From NCBI GenBank assembly GCA_963770565.1, contig CAVYQE010000001.1, positions 736,001 to 800,000 of the forward strand: a stretch of 64,000 bases of DNA, given 5' to 3'. Below, piece after piece: positions 9,800 through 19,943 of this stretch (position 1 is its first letter; the number at the start of each line of letters is the position of its first letter). The position numbers and the translations under genes were made by a program. The notes beneath the pieces were generated by a model, which made no database searches, was not told the DNA's origin, and saw only the letters and a list, made by a program, of their open reading frames with translations. This DNA comes from an uncultured Actinomycetota bacterium (lineage in GTDB: Bacteria; Actinomycetota; Actinomycetes; JAFAQI01).

Positions 9800-11200
9800 T
9801 CAAGCGGGAGTGAAGATGATCGTGCGGGCGGCGACGTCGGCCCTCGCCAGGCGGGCGCGGATCTCCTGACCTAGTGGCAGGTTCGGGCCGTCGATCCGGG
9901 TGCGCACCGGCGGGTCGCGGAGCTGGATCTCGCCGTGGTCGTCCTCGACCTCGACCACTACTCCCTCGAAGACCTCGCCGACCCGGTCCTGCAGCAGCAC
10001 GGCCTCGGCCAGGTTGACCACGGCGTGATCGACCGCGTGCGCGTGCTGGTCGGCGGTCGCCATGAGGTGCGGCAGCTCGGGCAGCCCGGCCCGGGCCCAT
10101 TCCGGCACCTCGCTGCCGGCGCAGATCGCCAGGCACACCTCGGACACATACCGGTCGGCCAGGCGGCGCAGCGGAGCGGTTGCATGCGCGTACGGCGCTG
10201 CGACCGCGGCATGGCGGATCTGCTGTGGCCGTTCGCCGTCGAAGGCGACGTACCCGGCGCCGCGGAGCAACGACCCGGCCAGCCGCAGTAGCGCCGCCTG
10301 CGGGGGCTTGGCCGGATTGAGGCCTCGGATGAAATCGGGGTACGACACCCCCTTTCGCCAGGTCACGCCGAGGGCCGCGGCACTGCGATGGAACGACGCA
10401 ACCTTGCGATGCCACGGACGCGGCATGGTTCGAAGCAGGCCGACCTTTGCCTCCACCATCAGCTTCGCCGCCGCCATCCCGGTGAGCAGCGAGAGTTGTG
10501 CGTTCCACCCCTCAGCGGGCACCGGCGTCCGGTACTCCAGCGTCCATCCGTCGCCGTCCCGCGCCACGTATTGCTCGGGTGCGTTCAACGAGACGCCACC
10601 GCGCTCGCGCTCGCGACGTTCCCGCAGGTCGCCAACCACGGCGAGCAGTTCGGTGGACTCTGAGTGCGTGGTCAGCAACGAGTCATAGTCCAGCTGCGCC
10701 CGGCTGCGCACGACCGCGCGTCGTACCTCGATCGACGTCGGCTCCCCCTCTCCGTCGAGGTCCAGCTGCCACAGCACGGCCGGTCGATCGCCGTCCGGTA
10801 GCAGGCTGGCCGCGCCTTCGGACAGCGAGACCGGATACAGCGGCGCGCGAGCGTCGGGCAGGTAGTCGGTCTCGCCGCGAACGCGAGCCTCGGCGGCAAG
10901 CGGCCCGTCCGGCGCGACGAAAGCTCCGACGTCGGCGATCGCGTAGTGGAAGCAATACCCGGCTCCGCGCCGGGCCAGCGCGAAGGCCTGATCCAGATCG
11001 CGCGACCCCTTCGGGTCGAGAGTGACGAGCGGTACGTCGGTGGCGTCGACCCGGCCGTCGCGCGTCCACGAGTCGCGCGCAGCGTCAGCGGCGGCGAGCA
11101 CGTCCGGCGCGAACTCGACCGGCACCTTCAGCTCGGTCCGCAGCGCGCGGAGCGGCTCGGCCAGGTCCGCGCCGCGGATGTAGGTACGACGACCCATCAC
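9800..11200 (-). CDS. RNB-domain (RNase II/R family) exoribonuclease lacking N-terminal cold-shock domains
   Basis: TLDPKGSRDLDQA, YAIADV, YAHATAPLRRLADRY. Confidence 0.85.
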   Translation of the reverse strand: MMGRRTYIRGADLAEPLRALRTELKVPVEFAPDVLAAADAARDSWTRDGRVDATDVPLVTLDPKGSRDLDQAFALARRGAGYCFHYAIADVGAFVAPDGPLAAEARVRGETDYLPDARAPLYPVSLSEGAASLLPDGDRPAVLWQLDLDGEGEPTSIEVRRAVVRSRAQLDYDSLLTTHSESTELLAVVGDLRERRERERGGVSLNAPEQYVARDGDGWTLEYRTPVPAEGWNAQLSLLTGMAAAKLMVEAKVGLLRTMPRPWHRKVASFHRSAAALGVTWRKGVSYPDFIRGLNPAKPPQAALLRLAGSLLRGAGYVAFDGERPQQIRHAAVAAPYAHATAPLRRLADRYVSEVCLAICAGSEVPEWARAGLPELPHLMATADQHAHAVDHAVVNLAEAVLLQDRVGEVFEGVVVEVEDDHGEIQLRDPPVRTRIDGPNLPLGQEIRARLARADVAARTIIFTPA

Positions 11201-11260
11201 CCGGCCCCGCCACCCAGCATCGCGTCGTGCCCTTCAACTCGGAGCCGGACGCGATCGACG

Positions 11261-11716
11261 TTAGCGCCGCCGGTTCGGCGCGGCCAGCTCCTTGACCGCC
11301 GCGACCAGCTCATGTGAGTCGAACGGCTTGCGCAAGCAGGCATCGACGCCCGCGGGCAGCGACATGACGCCGGCCCGCCGCGGCGACTGGGTGGTGAGCA
11401 CAATCGTCCGAATCGCCGTAGTCGCCGGATTCGTCCGCAAGGCGTCAGCCACCTCCCAGCCGCTCATCAAGGGCATGTCGGAGTCGAGCACGGCGACGTC
11501 GGGATGAGTGGACGTCACCATGTCGAGCGCCGCGCCGCCGCCGTCGGCCTCGAAGACCTCCAGGCCCTCGCCGGACAGCGTCGTGGCGATCACGGCGCGG
11601 ATCGCCGCATCGTCATCGACGACGAGCACCCGCACCCGCCGGATCGGCTGGCCGGCGGCTACCGGCCCGGCCAACCGATCCAGCAGCCGATGGCTGCGCG
11701 GCCCTCCGGAGCGCAC
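11261..11716 (-). CDS. Stand-alone response regulator receiver domain
   Basis: VLVVDDD, VLDSDMP, KPF; no output domain. Confidence 0.8.
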   Translation of the reverse strand: MRSGGPRSHRLLDRLAGPVAAGQPIRRVRVLVVDDDAAIRAVIATTLSGEGLEVFEADGGGAALDMVTSTHPDVAVLDSDMPLMSGWEVADALRTNPATTAIRTIVLTTQSPRRAGVMSLPAGVDACLRKPFDSHELVAAVKELAAPNRRR

Positions 11717-11797
11717 GATCGTCTCAATCCTCTCGGACCCGACCGCCTGGGGCCAGCGGCGTGCTCGCCAGTGTTCGCAACCCGCGTCACACCAACG

Positions 11798-14794
11798 TCA
11801 CACCCGGCGAACCAGCCGGTCGAGGTCGAGGAGGGCGGCCGGCGGCGCCAGGTTGAGCTCCTCGAGGACGCTGCGAGCCCGATCGACGTACGACCGCGCT
11901 GCCCCCCGCCGACCTTGGCTGAGCAGGTGTTGCGCCACCTCGAGGTATCGCTCCTCTTCGTACGGCGCGATGTCCGTGGCCCGCACGAGGCAGCGGACTG
12001 CCTCGTCGACGTCGCCGACTCCGGCAGCGGAGTCGGCGCACAGGTCGAGCAGGGACAGCGCGTGCCGGCGAAGGCGTTCCCGCGGCATGATCGTCCACTG
12101 CTCGTAGGCGTCGTCCGGGAGCAGATCGCCGCGGTAGACCGCGAGCGCGCTTCGTGCCACCGACAACGCCTCGGGGGAGCGGGTCGCCGCCAACGCCTCG
12201 GCCCGACGGGCGTCGGTCTCGAACCGGTGGGCGTCGGTGTGCACGTGCGGCGCCAGCCGCAGCGCCCGCTCGTCGCGGACCACGAGCTCCGACGCCGACT
12301 CGCGCAACCGGTTCAGCACGGTTCGCAGCCGGTTTGCGCCGACGTCCGGATCGATCTCCGGCCATAGGTGCTCGATCACCTGCTCGGCGAGCATCGTGCC
12401 GCCGGCGCTCGCGATCAGCTTGAGCAGCTGCCGTCCTTGCCCGGCCGGAATGTCGATCACATGGCCGGCCTGGGTGATCTCGAACCGGCCGAGCATCGAC
12501 ACCACCACCGGGAACGCGCTCAGGTCGAGATCGATCGCGGTGAGCCCGCCGTTGCTCGCGCTCAGCGCCAACAGGTGCTCGGCGATCGTGCGTTCCTGGA
12601 TCAGCGGCAGGTGCGGATGTCCGAGCCGCGCGGCCTGCGCAAACGCCTCGGCGGCAAGGACCGCCGCGTTCGAGTCGCCGCGCCGGGACGCAGCCATCGC
12701 CCGGAGCAGCGTGGCGTGCCAGAGCTCGCGGGGCTCGAACCACGGCTTGCCCTGCAGCGCCAGTAGATGCCGCTCCGCCTCCTCGGGATCTCCACTCCGG
12801 GCCGCCAACGCGGCCTCCGCCCGGGTGAGCGCGGGCTCGTCGGGCGGCATCTCCTTCGCGCGGGCCAGATAGTCATGCGCCAGCTCGGTGAGTCCGACCC
12901 GGTCGAGGAAGTTCGCAGCGTCAGAAAGGAACCAGCACCCCGACTGGTCGAACCAGTCCGTTGCATCCGCTTCGACCGCCTTGATCGCGGCCAGGGTCGC
13001 GTCGGGGTCGCCCTGCTGTGAGGCCCGCCGGGCGTAGTTCCACTGGACGTATGCCCGCAGTCGCAGATCGCGAGTCGTGTCCGCGATCGCCTGGGCCTCC
13101 ACCTGGTTGTCCGCGGACTCCTCGTAGCGCCCGATCGTGTCGAGGACCTCGGAACGGAAGGTGAGGATGGTGCCGCGCGTGTAACGGTTGTGGACCGCGA
13201 GGGTCAGCGCCTCGTCCATGCAGCGGATCGACTCGTCGTACGCGCCACGGGCCGCGTGCACCCACATCGCGAGCGGGATCATCAGGTGGGCCAGCCAGGT
13301 CCACTGCTCGTGCGCACGGTAGGTACGGGCGGCGAGCAGGATCCGCTCCTCGGCGTACCCGAGATGGACGTCGTCCTTCTGCATCGTCGTCGCCCACCCG
13401 AGCACCTCCAGGAACCGGGCCCGGGTGAGGTCCTCACCGAGCCCGGTCTGGGCGAGCAACTCACCGGCGACCGCGTCCGCCTCGTTGTGCCGCTCGGCCC
13501 AGAACAGGTCGCGGGCCTCCTCGGCCTTGAGTTCGCGGAAGAGCTTCGGCTCGCGGGTCGGGTCGATGAGGCGCCCGGCTCGCTCGCTCGTCGTCGCGCG
13601 CAACCGGGTGACCGCGCCGGGCTCGCAGGCCCGGACCAGGTGGATGAGCAGGCGAGGGTGTTTGGCGACGATGTCGTCCGGCAGCCGGTCGGCCAGACCG
13701 GCGAACTCGGCCAGGTCCAGCGCCTCCGACTGTTGAGGGGTCAGGCCGGCAAGCAGCTCCGCGGCGGCCTCGCCCTGGTCGTGGCCGATCAACAGCTCGC
13801 AGCCGAGCGCGATCTCGCCACGTGCCACGTAGGCGTTGGCGCCGCGCCGCAATGTCTCGATCTCGACCGGAGCGCTGGCCATCAGCAGGTCGCGGACCGG
13901 GCCGATCAGCGCCGACCAGCCGCCGGGCGCGTTCGACAACGGCAGCCCGGCCGACCGGGCGGACACCAGCAGGTCGTCCAGGCCGGTCGCCGCGGCGACC
14001 AGATCGTCGTCCAGCAATGGCAGGTGGGAGGCCTGCCGAAGTGCGTTCTGCTCCTGGTCCGACAGGCGATTCAGGATGTCGTCGACCAGTGCCGAGAGCA
14101 CCGCCGGTCCCGATCGTGCGTCGCGTCCCGACACGGTCAGCTCGGTGTCGTCGGTGTCCGAGCCGGTGGCGAAGAGCACGACCGCAGCAAGCCAACCGCC
14201 GGTCGACTTACCGAGCTCACCCAACTGGTCGGGCGACAGGCTCAGGCCGAAGCCGCTCGTACACAGCTGGGCCAGCTCGTCGTCGGTGAGCGCGAGCTCG
14301 GCGGTGCCGAGTACGACGGTCCGGTCGGCCTCCACCAAGGCATCCAGGCCGGCCGGCACGTGCCGCCCGATCAACAGCAGGCGCTGCGCGTCGCCGAGCC
14401 GGTCAGCGGTCGCGACGAGAAGATCGACGGCATCCGGACGGACGTTGTGGACCTCGTCCACCACCAGCAAAACCGGCTGGCCTTCGAGGGCCGCGAACAT
14501 CGCGTCGAGCCGCCGGGCCGGTTCGTATCGCGCCGCCTGCTCCATCCGGGCGGCGACATCGGACAGGCCGAGCATCGCGACCGCCGACCGCAGGCGGACC
14601 AGCAACAGGTCGGCCGACACGTCGAGCTGATCGAGCACCGCGGTGATCGTCGGCACCCCGAGTACGTCGCTCAGCTCGGTCGAGAGCAGGGACTTGCCGT
14701 ATCCGCCCCCACCCGCGATCACGCCGACCGACGCACCGCGCAAGGCGTCGGTGAGTCTGGGCCTCGGCACGTGGTACCGAGGAAGCTGGCTCAC
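11798..14794 (-). CDS. Large ATP-binding regulator: MalT-like STAND NTPase, TPR-like region, C-terminal winged helix and BTAD (SARP-like)
   Basis: PRPRL, Walker A GGGGYGKS, Walker B LLVVDEVH; C-terminal LGRFEI..LWPE..LNRLR..YRGDLL..PYEE. Confidence 0.8.
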   Translation of the reverse strand: MSQLPRYHVPRPRLTDALRGASVGVIAGGGGYGKSLLSTELSDVLGVPTITAVLDQLDVSADLLLVRLRSAVAMLGLSDVAARMEQAARYEPARRLDAMFAALEGQPVLLVVDEVHNVRPDAVDLLVATADRLGDAQRLLLIGRHVPAGLDALVEADRTVVLGTAELALTDDELAQLCTSGFGLSLSPDQLGELGKSTGGWLAAVVLFATGSDTDDTELTVSGRDARSGPAVLSALVDDILNRLSDQEQNALRQASHLPLLDDDLVAAATGLDDLLVSARSAGLPLSNAPGGWSALIGPVRDLLMASAPVEIETLRRGANAYVARGEIALGCELLIGHDQGEAAAELLAGLTPQQSEALDLAEFAGLADRLPDDIVAKHPRLLIHLVRACEPGAVTRLRATTSERAGRLIDPTREPKLFRELKAEEARDLFWAERHNEADAVAGELLAQTGLGEDLTRARFLEVLGWATTMQKDDVHLGYAEERILLAARTYRAHEQWTWLAHLMIPLAMWVHAARGAYDESIRCMDEALTLAVHNRYTRGTILTFRSEVLDTIGRYEESADNQVEAQAIADTTRDLRLRAYVQWNYARRASQQGDPDATLAAIKAVEADATDWFDQSGCWFLSDAANFLDRVGLTELAHDYLARAKEMPPDEPALTRAEAALAARSGDPEEAERHLLALQGKPWFEPRELWHATLLRAMAASRRGDSNAAVLAAEAFAQAARLGHPHLPLIQERTIAEHLLALSASNGGLTAIDLDLSAFPVVVSMLGRFEITQAGHVIDIPAGQGRQLLKLIASAGGTMLAEQVIEHLWPEIDPDVGANRLRTVLNRLRESASELVVRDERALRLAPHVHTDAHRFETDARRAEALAATRSPEALSVARSALAVYRGDLLPDDAYEQWTIMPRERLRRHALSLLDLCADSAAGVGDVDEAVRCLVRATDIAPYEEERYLEVAQHLLSQGRRGAARSYVDRARSVLEELNLAPPAALLDLDRLVRRV

Positions 14795-14951
14795 TACCCC
14801 TCCAACGCCGTCAGTGAACGCCCCGTCACATCATCGCGAATCGACGAAGCCGGTGTCAGGCCGGCTGGCGAACCGAGCAGAGCCTCGACCCGGGGCACTA
14901 GTCCGGCGGGGTGCGACGATGGAGGCCGGTCCGACTCGAGGAGTGCTGGCT

Positions 14952-15446
14952 GTGTCCGTCTACGAGATCCCTCTCACCACGATCGACGGCAAGCCGGCGA
15001 CGCTGGCCGAGCACGCCGGCGAGGTCCTGCTCGCGGTCAATGTGGCGTCGAAATGCGGCTTCACCCCGCAGTACGCCGCGTTGCAGCAGCTGCACGAGAC
15101 CTACGCGGATCGTGGCTTCTCGGTGCTCGGCTTTCCCTGCAACCAGTTCCTGTTCCAGGAGAGCGGCTCGGAGTCGCAGATCGCGCAGTTCTGCAGCGTC
15201 ACGTACGGGGTGTCGTTCCCGATGTTCGCCAAGGTCAAGGTTCGCGGCCGCGGCCAGCATCCGCTGTTCGGTGAGTTGACCAAGGCGGCCGACCCGAGTG
15301 GATCGGCCGGCGGTGTCAAGTGGAACTTCGAGAAGTTCCTGATCAACCGGCAGGGCGAGGTCGTCGGCCGGTTCCGGTCGAAGGTGACGCCGGACGACCC
15401 GGCCGTGGTCAGCGCGATCGAAGCCGCGCTGGACGCGCCCGCTTAG
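14952..15446 (+). CDS. Glutathione peroxidase-like (Cys) peroxidase
   Basis: NVASKCGFT, GFPCNQF, KWNFEKFL; SD GAGGAG before GTG 14952. Confidence 0.92.
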   Translation: MSVYEIPLTTIDGKPATLAEHAGEVLLAVNVASKCGFTPQYAALQQLHETYADRGFSVLGFPCNQFLFQESGSESQIAQFCSVTYGVSFPMFAKVKVRGRGQHPLFGELTKAADPSGSAGGVKWNFEKFLINRQGEVVGRFRSKVTPDDPAVVSAIEAALDAPA

Positions 15447-16291
15447 AGGTCGCTGCGCCGGAACGCCCAGACCGCGAGCGCTGCACAGCCGCATAGGTAG
15501 AACAGCGTGTAGATCCAGAGCCCGATGCCGCCCCCTTGTGCCCCGCCGAGCGGTCCGAGCTGCACGAGCTGGCCCAACGACCCGCCCGGCGAAAGCCGTT
15601 GGAGAGCATCGCGGTAGAGCGCCTCGAACGGCAGCAGGTAGGACACCGTGTTCGCGATGTCACTCAGAGTGTTTGCCGAGAACGCCCGAGCGATTTCGCC
15701 GAGCAGACCCGCGATCAGACCCGCGCCGTACGCCATGAGCACGCTGATCCCGGTCGCGACCGTGGACAGCAGCGACGACACGAGCAGGGTGAGCATCGTC
15801 ACGACGAGGACCGCGACGATCAGCGGCGGGATCACGGTCCAGGCTTTGGGCGGCAGGCTCGAGAACAGCGCCCGGGTGGTGAGCGTGGCCGCCCCGGAGA
15901 CCACCAGCACGAAGCCGCCCGAGACCGTCATCGCGGCAAGTGCGCGCCCGGCCAGGTAGACGCCGCGACCGACCGGCCGCACCACAAGTGGCTGCACGAG
16001 CCCTCGATCGACGTCGCCCTTGACCGCACCGGCGGCCAGGAAGACTGCCAGCACACTGCCGAGGAACAACGTGCCGAACGACGCGAGGCCTAGCAGGGTG
16101 GCCGGCACGAGCGGCTCGAGCTGCCCACCTCGCTTGAACTGCGCCAGACCCTCGAGGTGGTGGCGCAGGGTGATGCAGCCGACCAGGTAAAGGGCGCCGC
16201 TCGCGATGGTCAGGACGCCGACGACGGTGAGCACCCGTCGACGGACCGCCTCCTGCAGCGCGAGTCGGGCAATCACCAGGGTGTCGTTCAT
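15443..16291 (-). CDS. ABC-2 type transporter permease
   Basis: 6 TM segments, C-terminal FRRSDL; overlaps the ATPase gene. Confidence 0.8.
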   Translation of the reverse strand: MNDTLVIARLALQEAVRRRVLTVVGVLTIASGALYLVGCITLRHHLEGLAQFKRGGQLEPLVPATLLGLASFGTLFLGSVLAVFLAAGAVKGDVDRGLVQPLVVRPVGRGVYLAGRALAAMTVSGGFVLVVSGAATLTTRALFSSLPPKAWTVIPPLIVAVLVVTMLTLLVSSLLSTVATGISVLMAYGAGLIAGLLGEIARAFSANTLSDIANTVSYLLPFEALYRDALQRLSPGGSLGQLVQLGPLGGAQGGGIGLWIYTLFYLCGCAALAVWAFRRSDL

Positions 16292-17163
16292 CGGTGCGAC
16301 TCCCGGTCGCCGACCAGCTCGAGGTAGAGGTCCTCCAACGTCGAGCGGTGCGGGATCACGGCGTACACCCGCCGTCCATCGGCCACCAGACCGGAGACGA
16401 GAGCCGGAATCGTGTCGCGCGGGACGTGGGGATGCTCGACCCGGCCCTGATCGGTCTCGATCGTCACGCCGTGGCCGGCGGTCAGGTCCGAGATCGCGCC
16501 GGCCGCGACGACCCGGCCGGCGTCGATGAGGACGACCCGGTCGGCCAGCTGCTCGACCTCGCCGAGCAGGTGCGTGTTGAGAAGTACGGCGGTCCCGCGG
16601 TCCCGTGCGCGGGCGAGCACCTCACGCACGGTGTGCCGCCCGGCCGGGTCGAGCGCAGACGTCGGCTCGTCGAGAAGCAGAACCTCGGGATCGCCGACCA
16701 TCGCCTGCGCGAGGCCCAGGCGCTGTTGCATGCCCTTGCTCATCGCCTCGACCCGGGTCGAACCGGCCTGCGACAGCCCGACCTCGGCGAGCAGCCGGCT
16801 CCGCTCATCGGCGTCGCCACCCGCGGTCGGCCGCCGGGCCAGCCGCTGGTGGGTGACCAGCACCTCCTGGGCGGTCGCCCAGCCGGGGAACCGGAAGAGC
16901 TCGGCGAGGTAGCCGACCTTCGACCGGGCCACGCTCGATCCGGCCGGTGCGCCCGCGATCGACGCGGACCCGCCGTCGGCCCGCACCAGCCCGCACAGCA
17001 CCTTGGTCAACGTGGACTTGCCCGCGCCGTTGGGGCCGAGCAGGCCGACCACCTCGCCGGCTGCCACGTCGATGTCGACGCCCCTGAGCGCGACCGATCG
17101 TTTGTACGACTTGGTCAACCCGGCCGCGTGCACCACCGGCCCGGCGAAAGCTGGTGCGGTCAC
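16288..17163 (-). CDS. ABC transporter ATP-binding protein
   Basis: GPNGAGKST, MSKGMQQR, LLLDEPT. Confidence 0.92.
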   Translation of the reverse strand: MTAPAFAGPVVHAAGLTKSYKRSVALRGVDIDVAAGEVVGLLGPNGAGKSTLTKVLCGLVRADGGSASIAGAPAGSSVARSKVGYLAELFRFPGWATAQEVLVTHQRLARRPTAGGDADERSRLLAEVGLSQAGSTRVEAMSKGMQQRLGLAQAMVGDPEVLLLDEPTSALDPAGRHTVREVLARARDRGTAVLLNTHLLGEVEQLADRVVLIDAGRVVAAGAISDLTAGHGVTIETDQGRVEHPHVPRDTIPALVSGLVADGRRVYAVIPHRSTLEDLYLELVGDRESHR

Positions 17164-19884
17164 CTAGGAAACCGGTACGCCGAGGGCTTGGCTCAAGGCG
17201 GCCGACAGGGACGACTTGAACGCCGGTGTGCCATTGCCGTAGACCGCGATGACGTGCCGCAGGATCGGGAAGTTGTTGCTCCCACTGGCCTGGGTGTAGA
17301 CCGGCTCGACGTACAGCATCTGACCACCGAGCGGGATGGTCATCAGGTTGCCCAGCACGACCTTCGAGTTTCCGCCGCGCTCCAAGGTGAGGGCCCGGGT
17401 GATGTCGGGCGTCGACTCGATGTCGTTCTGGATCTGCGACGGGCTCTCGACCGGGACGCCGGTGGTGGGCAGTTCGAGCAGGGTCATGGTGCCGTAACCG
17501 GGTCCGGGTTGGGAGTTCACGGTCAACACCGCCGCGAGGTTGCGGCTGTTCAACGTCACCATCGGTGTGGAGAGCGAAAACACCGGCGCGGAGTCGCCGT
17601 CCGGCGACATCGTCATGTACGTCGACGCGATCGACGGCGCGCTGACCGTGACCTTCTTGCCGATCGAGTTGAGCCGGCTGGTCGCGGCGACGGTCGGGTC
17701 GTTCGGGATCGTCCAGAAGTCGCTTCCGGCGTAGAACGCGCTTGCGTTGGTCACGTGATAGCGGGTCAGCAGACTGCGCTGCACGTTGAACAGGTCCTGC
17801 GGATACCGGAGGTGCGGCACCAGTGCGGCCGGGAGCTGCGACTGCGGTTGGATCAGACCGGGGAACGCCTTCTCCCAGGTCGTCAGGACGGGGTCCGGAG
17901 TCTTCGTCGGGTCCCAGGCGTACAGCGTCACCTTGCCGCTGTACGCGTCGACCGTTGCCTTGACCGAGTTGCGCATGTAGTTGATCGACGTACTCGGTTG
18001 CGTGACCGTCGAACCGTTCTGGCTCAGCGTGCTTGTCGTTGCGCTGCGCAGGCTGATCTGCTGGGAGTTGGGATAGTTGTTCGACGTCGTGTAGCCGTCG
18101 ACAACCCAGAGGATCCGGCCGTTGACGACGGTCGGGTAGACGTCGCCGTCGAGGGTCAGCCAGGGCGCGACCGCGGCGACTCGCGAGCGCGGGTTGCGGA
18201 TCGTCAGCAGCTGCGAGGCGCGGTTGATCTCGCTGGAGAACAGCAGGCTGGGACTGCGGTACTTGTAGGCGTAGACGAACCGATTGAGCAACCCTCCGAT
18301 CGGGATCCCGCCACCGCCGGTGTGGGTGTAGTCGACCTGCTGACCCGAACCGCTCGAACCCGGCCGGTCGAACTCGAGGTTCTTCGTGCTGCCGGCCGGT
18401 TGCCCGACGATGGAGTACGTCGGAGACATCTGGCCGTAGTAGATCCGGGGCTGAGCGATCGGGATCGGGCCTTGCGGCGGGAGGTTGCTCTCCACGAAGG
18501 TCGGCAGCCCACTCTTGGTGAAGGTGTCGGTCGGCGCGGCCACCACGCCGTACCCGTGGGTGTAGACGAGGTGGGTGTTGGTCCAGGTCGACCGCGAACT
18601 CGGCAACCCGCTGAGGGTGAGCTCACGGACGGCGAGCGCGAGATCCTGCGTCGAGCCGTCGATCGGGTAGCGATCGATGTCCAGCGTCGACTTGAAGCCG
18701 TAGTAGCTCTGCACCTGCTGCTTGACGTTGAAGGTCGGCGACAGCTGGTTGGGATCGAGCACCCGGATCTGCGCGTCGTCCTGCGCCTGGGCCTGCAGCG
18801 CCTCGCCGGTCAACGGCGCCTGCGCGCCCGGATACTGCGTGTCGTCGACCGAGGTCGACAGACCGAACGCCGCCCGGGTGCTCACCAGGTTGCGGGCGAT
18901 GTAGGGGAGCTCAAGGGTCGAGGCGCTCGGCTTCTCCCGGAACTGCTGCACGATCGCAGGCCAGGCGAATCCGAAGACCAGCGCGCCGAACGCCATCAGC
19001 CCGACGCTGTAGAGCATCAGTCGCGGCGTGCGGACGAAGACGTTCGCGAACATGATCGCCGCGCAGATCAGCGCGAGGATCACCAGGACGAACTTCCCCG
19101 GGATTGCGGCATGCACATCGGTGTACGCCGGCCCAGTAACCACGCCGCGGTTCGACGTCACGAGGGCGTAGCGGTCGAGCCAGTATGCGAAGGCCTTCAG
19201 GACGAGGTACGCGCCCAACAGCAGCGAGAGCTGTGCCCGCACGGCACGCGTCATCCGCGGGCCGGTGCCGCGCAGCCGCACCCCGCCGTACATGTAGGCG
19301 GTGATCAAGACGACGACGATCGAGGTCGCGACGATCCTGAAGAGCAGGGTCAGCACGACGCGGTGCATCGGATAGACGAACAGGTAGTAGGAGACATCGC
19401 GATGGAACTGGGGATCCCGCTGGCCGAATGACGTCGCGTATCGCCACTGCAGCCACAGCTGCCAGTTGCTCGCCGCCCGCGCGCCCATCTTGACGGCGAA
19501 GTAGGCGACGACGATGGCGAACAACCACCATCGGAGCCGGCGCTCCGAGCGCATGAAGAGGAAGCGCCAGCGCTGCTTCGCCGGGTCCGGGCGGTAGGCC
19601 TTCGGGCGGTGCCGGAAGAACAGGATCAGGTTGCCGGCGATCGCACCGGCCATCAGGACCCCGAAGATCGCGAACAGCAACGCCTCGGTCCAGAACGTCC
19701 GGGTATAAACCGACTCGTGCTGGACGGCGCGAAACCACAGCAGGTTGGCGTCGATGCCGACGAATGCACCCAGCAGGTAACGCAGCACGTAGAGGACGCC
19801 GAGCGCGATGACTAGCGCAAGAAGTGCCCGTCGCACTCGTGGGAACGCGCGCCCCCGTGGAGCGTCAGCCGTCGGCGAGGACAC
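17164..19884 (-). CDS. UPF0182 family membrane protein
   Basis: DPQFHRDVSYY, GPAYTDVHA, HLVYTHGYG, PRIYYG, NYMRNSVKATVDAYSG, LYVEPVY. Confidence 0.9.
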   Translation of the reverse strand: MSSPTADAPRGRAFPRVRRALLALVIALGVLYVLRYLLGAFVGIDANLLWFRAVQHESVYTRTFWTEALLFAIFGVLMAGAIAGNLILFFRHRPKAYRPDPAKQRWRFLFMRSERRLRWWLFAIVVAYFAVKMGARAASNWQLWLQWRYATSFGQRDPQFHRDVSYYLFVYPMHRVVLTLLFRIVATSIVVVLITAYMYGGVRLRGTGPRMTRAVRAQLSLLLGAYLVLKAFAYWLDRYALVTSNRGVVTGPAYTDVHAAIPGKFVLVILALICAAIMFANVFVRTPRLMLYSVGLMAFGALVFGFAWPAIVQQFREKPSASTLELPYIARNLVSTRAAFGLSTSVDDTQYPGAQAPLTGEALQAQAQDDAQIRVLDPNQLSPTFNVKQQVQSYYGFKSTLDIDRYPIDGSTQDLALAVRELTLSGLPSSRSTWTNTHLVYTHGYGVVAAPTDTFTKSGLPTFVESNLPPQGPIPIAQPRIYYGQMSPTYSIVGQPAGSTKNLEFDRPGSSGSGQQVDYTHTGGGGIPIGGLLNRFVYAYKYRSPSLLFSSEINRASQLLTIRNPRSRVAAVAPWLTLDGDVYPTVVNGRILWVVDGYTTSNNYPNSQQISLRSATTSTLSQNGSTVTQPSTSINYMRNSVKATVDAYSGKVTLYAWDPTKTPDPVLTTWEKAFPGLIQPQSQLPAALVPHLRYPQDLFNVQRSLLTRYHVTNASAFYAGSDFWTIPNDPTVAATSRLNSIGKKVTVSAPSIASTYMTMSPDGDSAPVFSLSTPMVTLNSRNLAAVLTVNSQPGPGYGTMTLLELPTTGVPVESPSQIQNDIESTPDITRALTLERGGNSKVVLGNLMTIPLGGQMLYVEPVYTQASGSNNFPILRHVIAVYGNGTPAFKSSLSAALSQALGVPVS

Positions 19885-19943
19885 CGGCCAACGTTATCAA
19901 CGCCTTGCTAGTGGTGCGTTTGACGCTCCACGGGTCGCTGACT

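Noticed and set aside
11798-14794. STAND NTPase plus nearby nuclease as an Avs-type anti-phage system
   Set aside because: The C-terminus is a DNA-binding wHTH/BTAD module and no effector domain is fused; it fits a transcription regulator.
14952-15446. Selenocysteine in the glutathione peroxidase
   Set aside because: The active-site codon is TGC (Cys); there is no in-frame TGA.
16294-19431. Very long antisense or alternative-frame ORFs (e.g. 16294..19431 +, 13190..15274 +, 21141..22988 +, 26051..27883 -, 60424..62028 -)
   Set aside because: They mirror well-supported genes on the opposite strand; stop-poor shadow frames are expected with high GC3 codon bias, and they contain no recognisable motifs.
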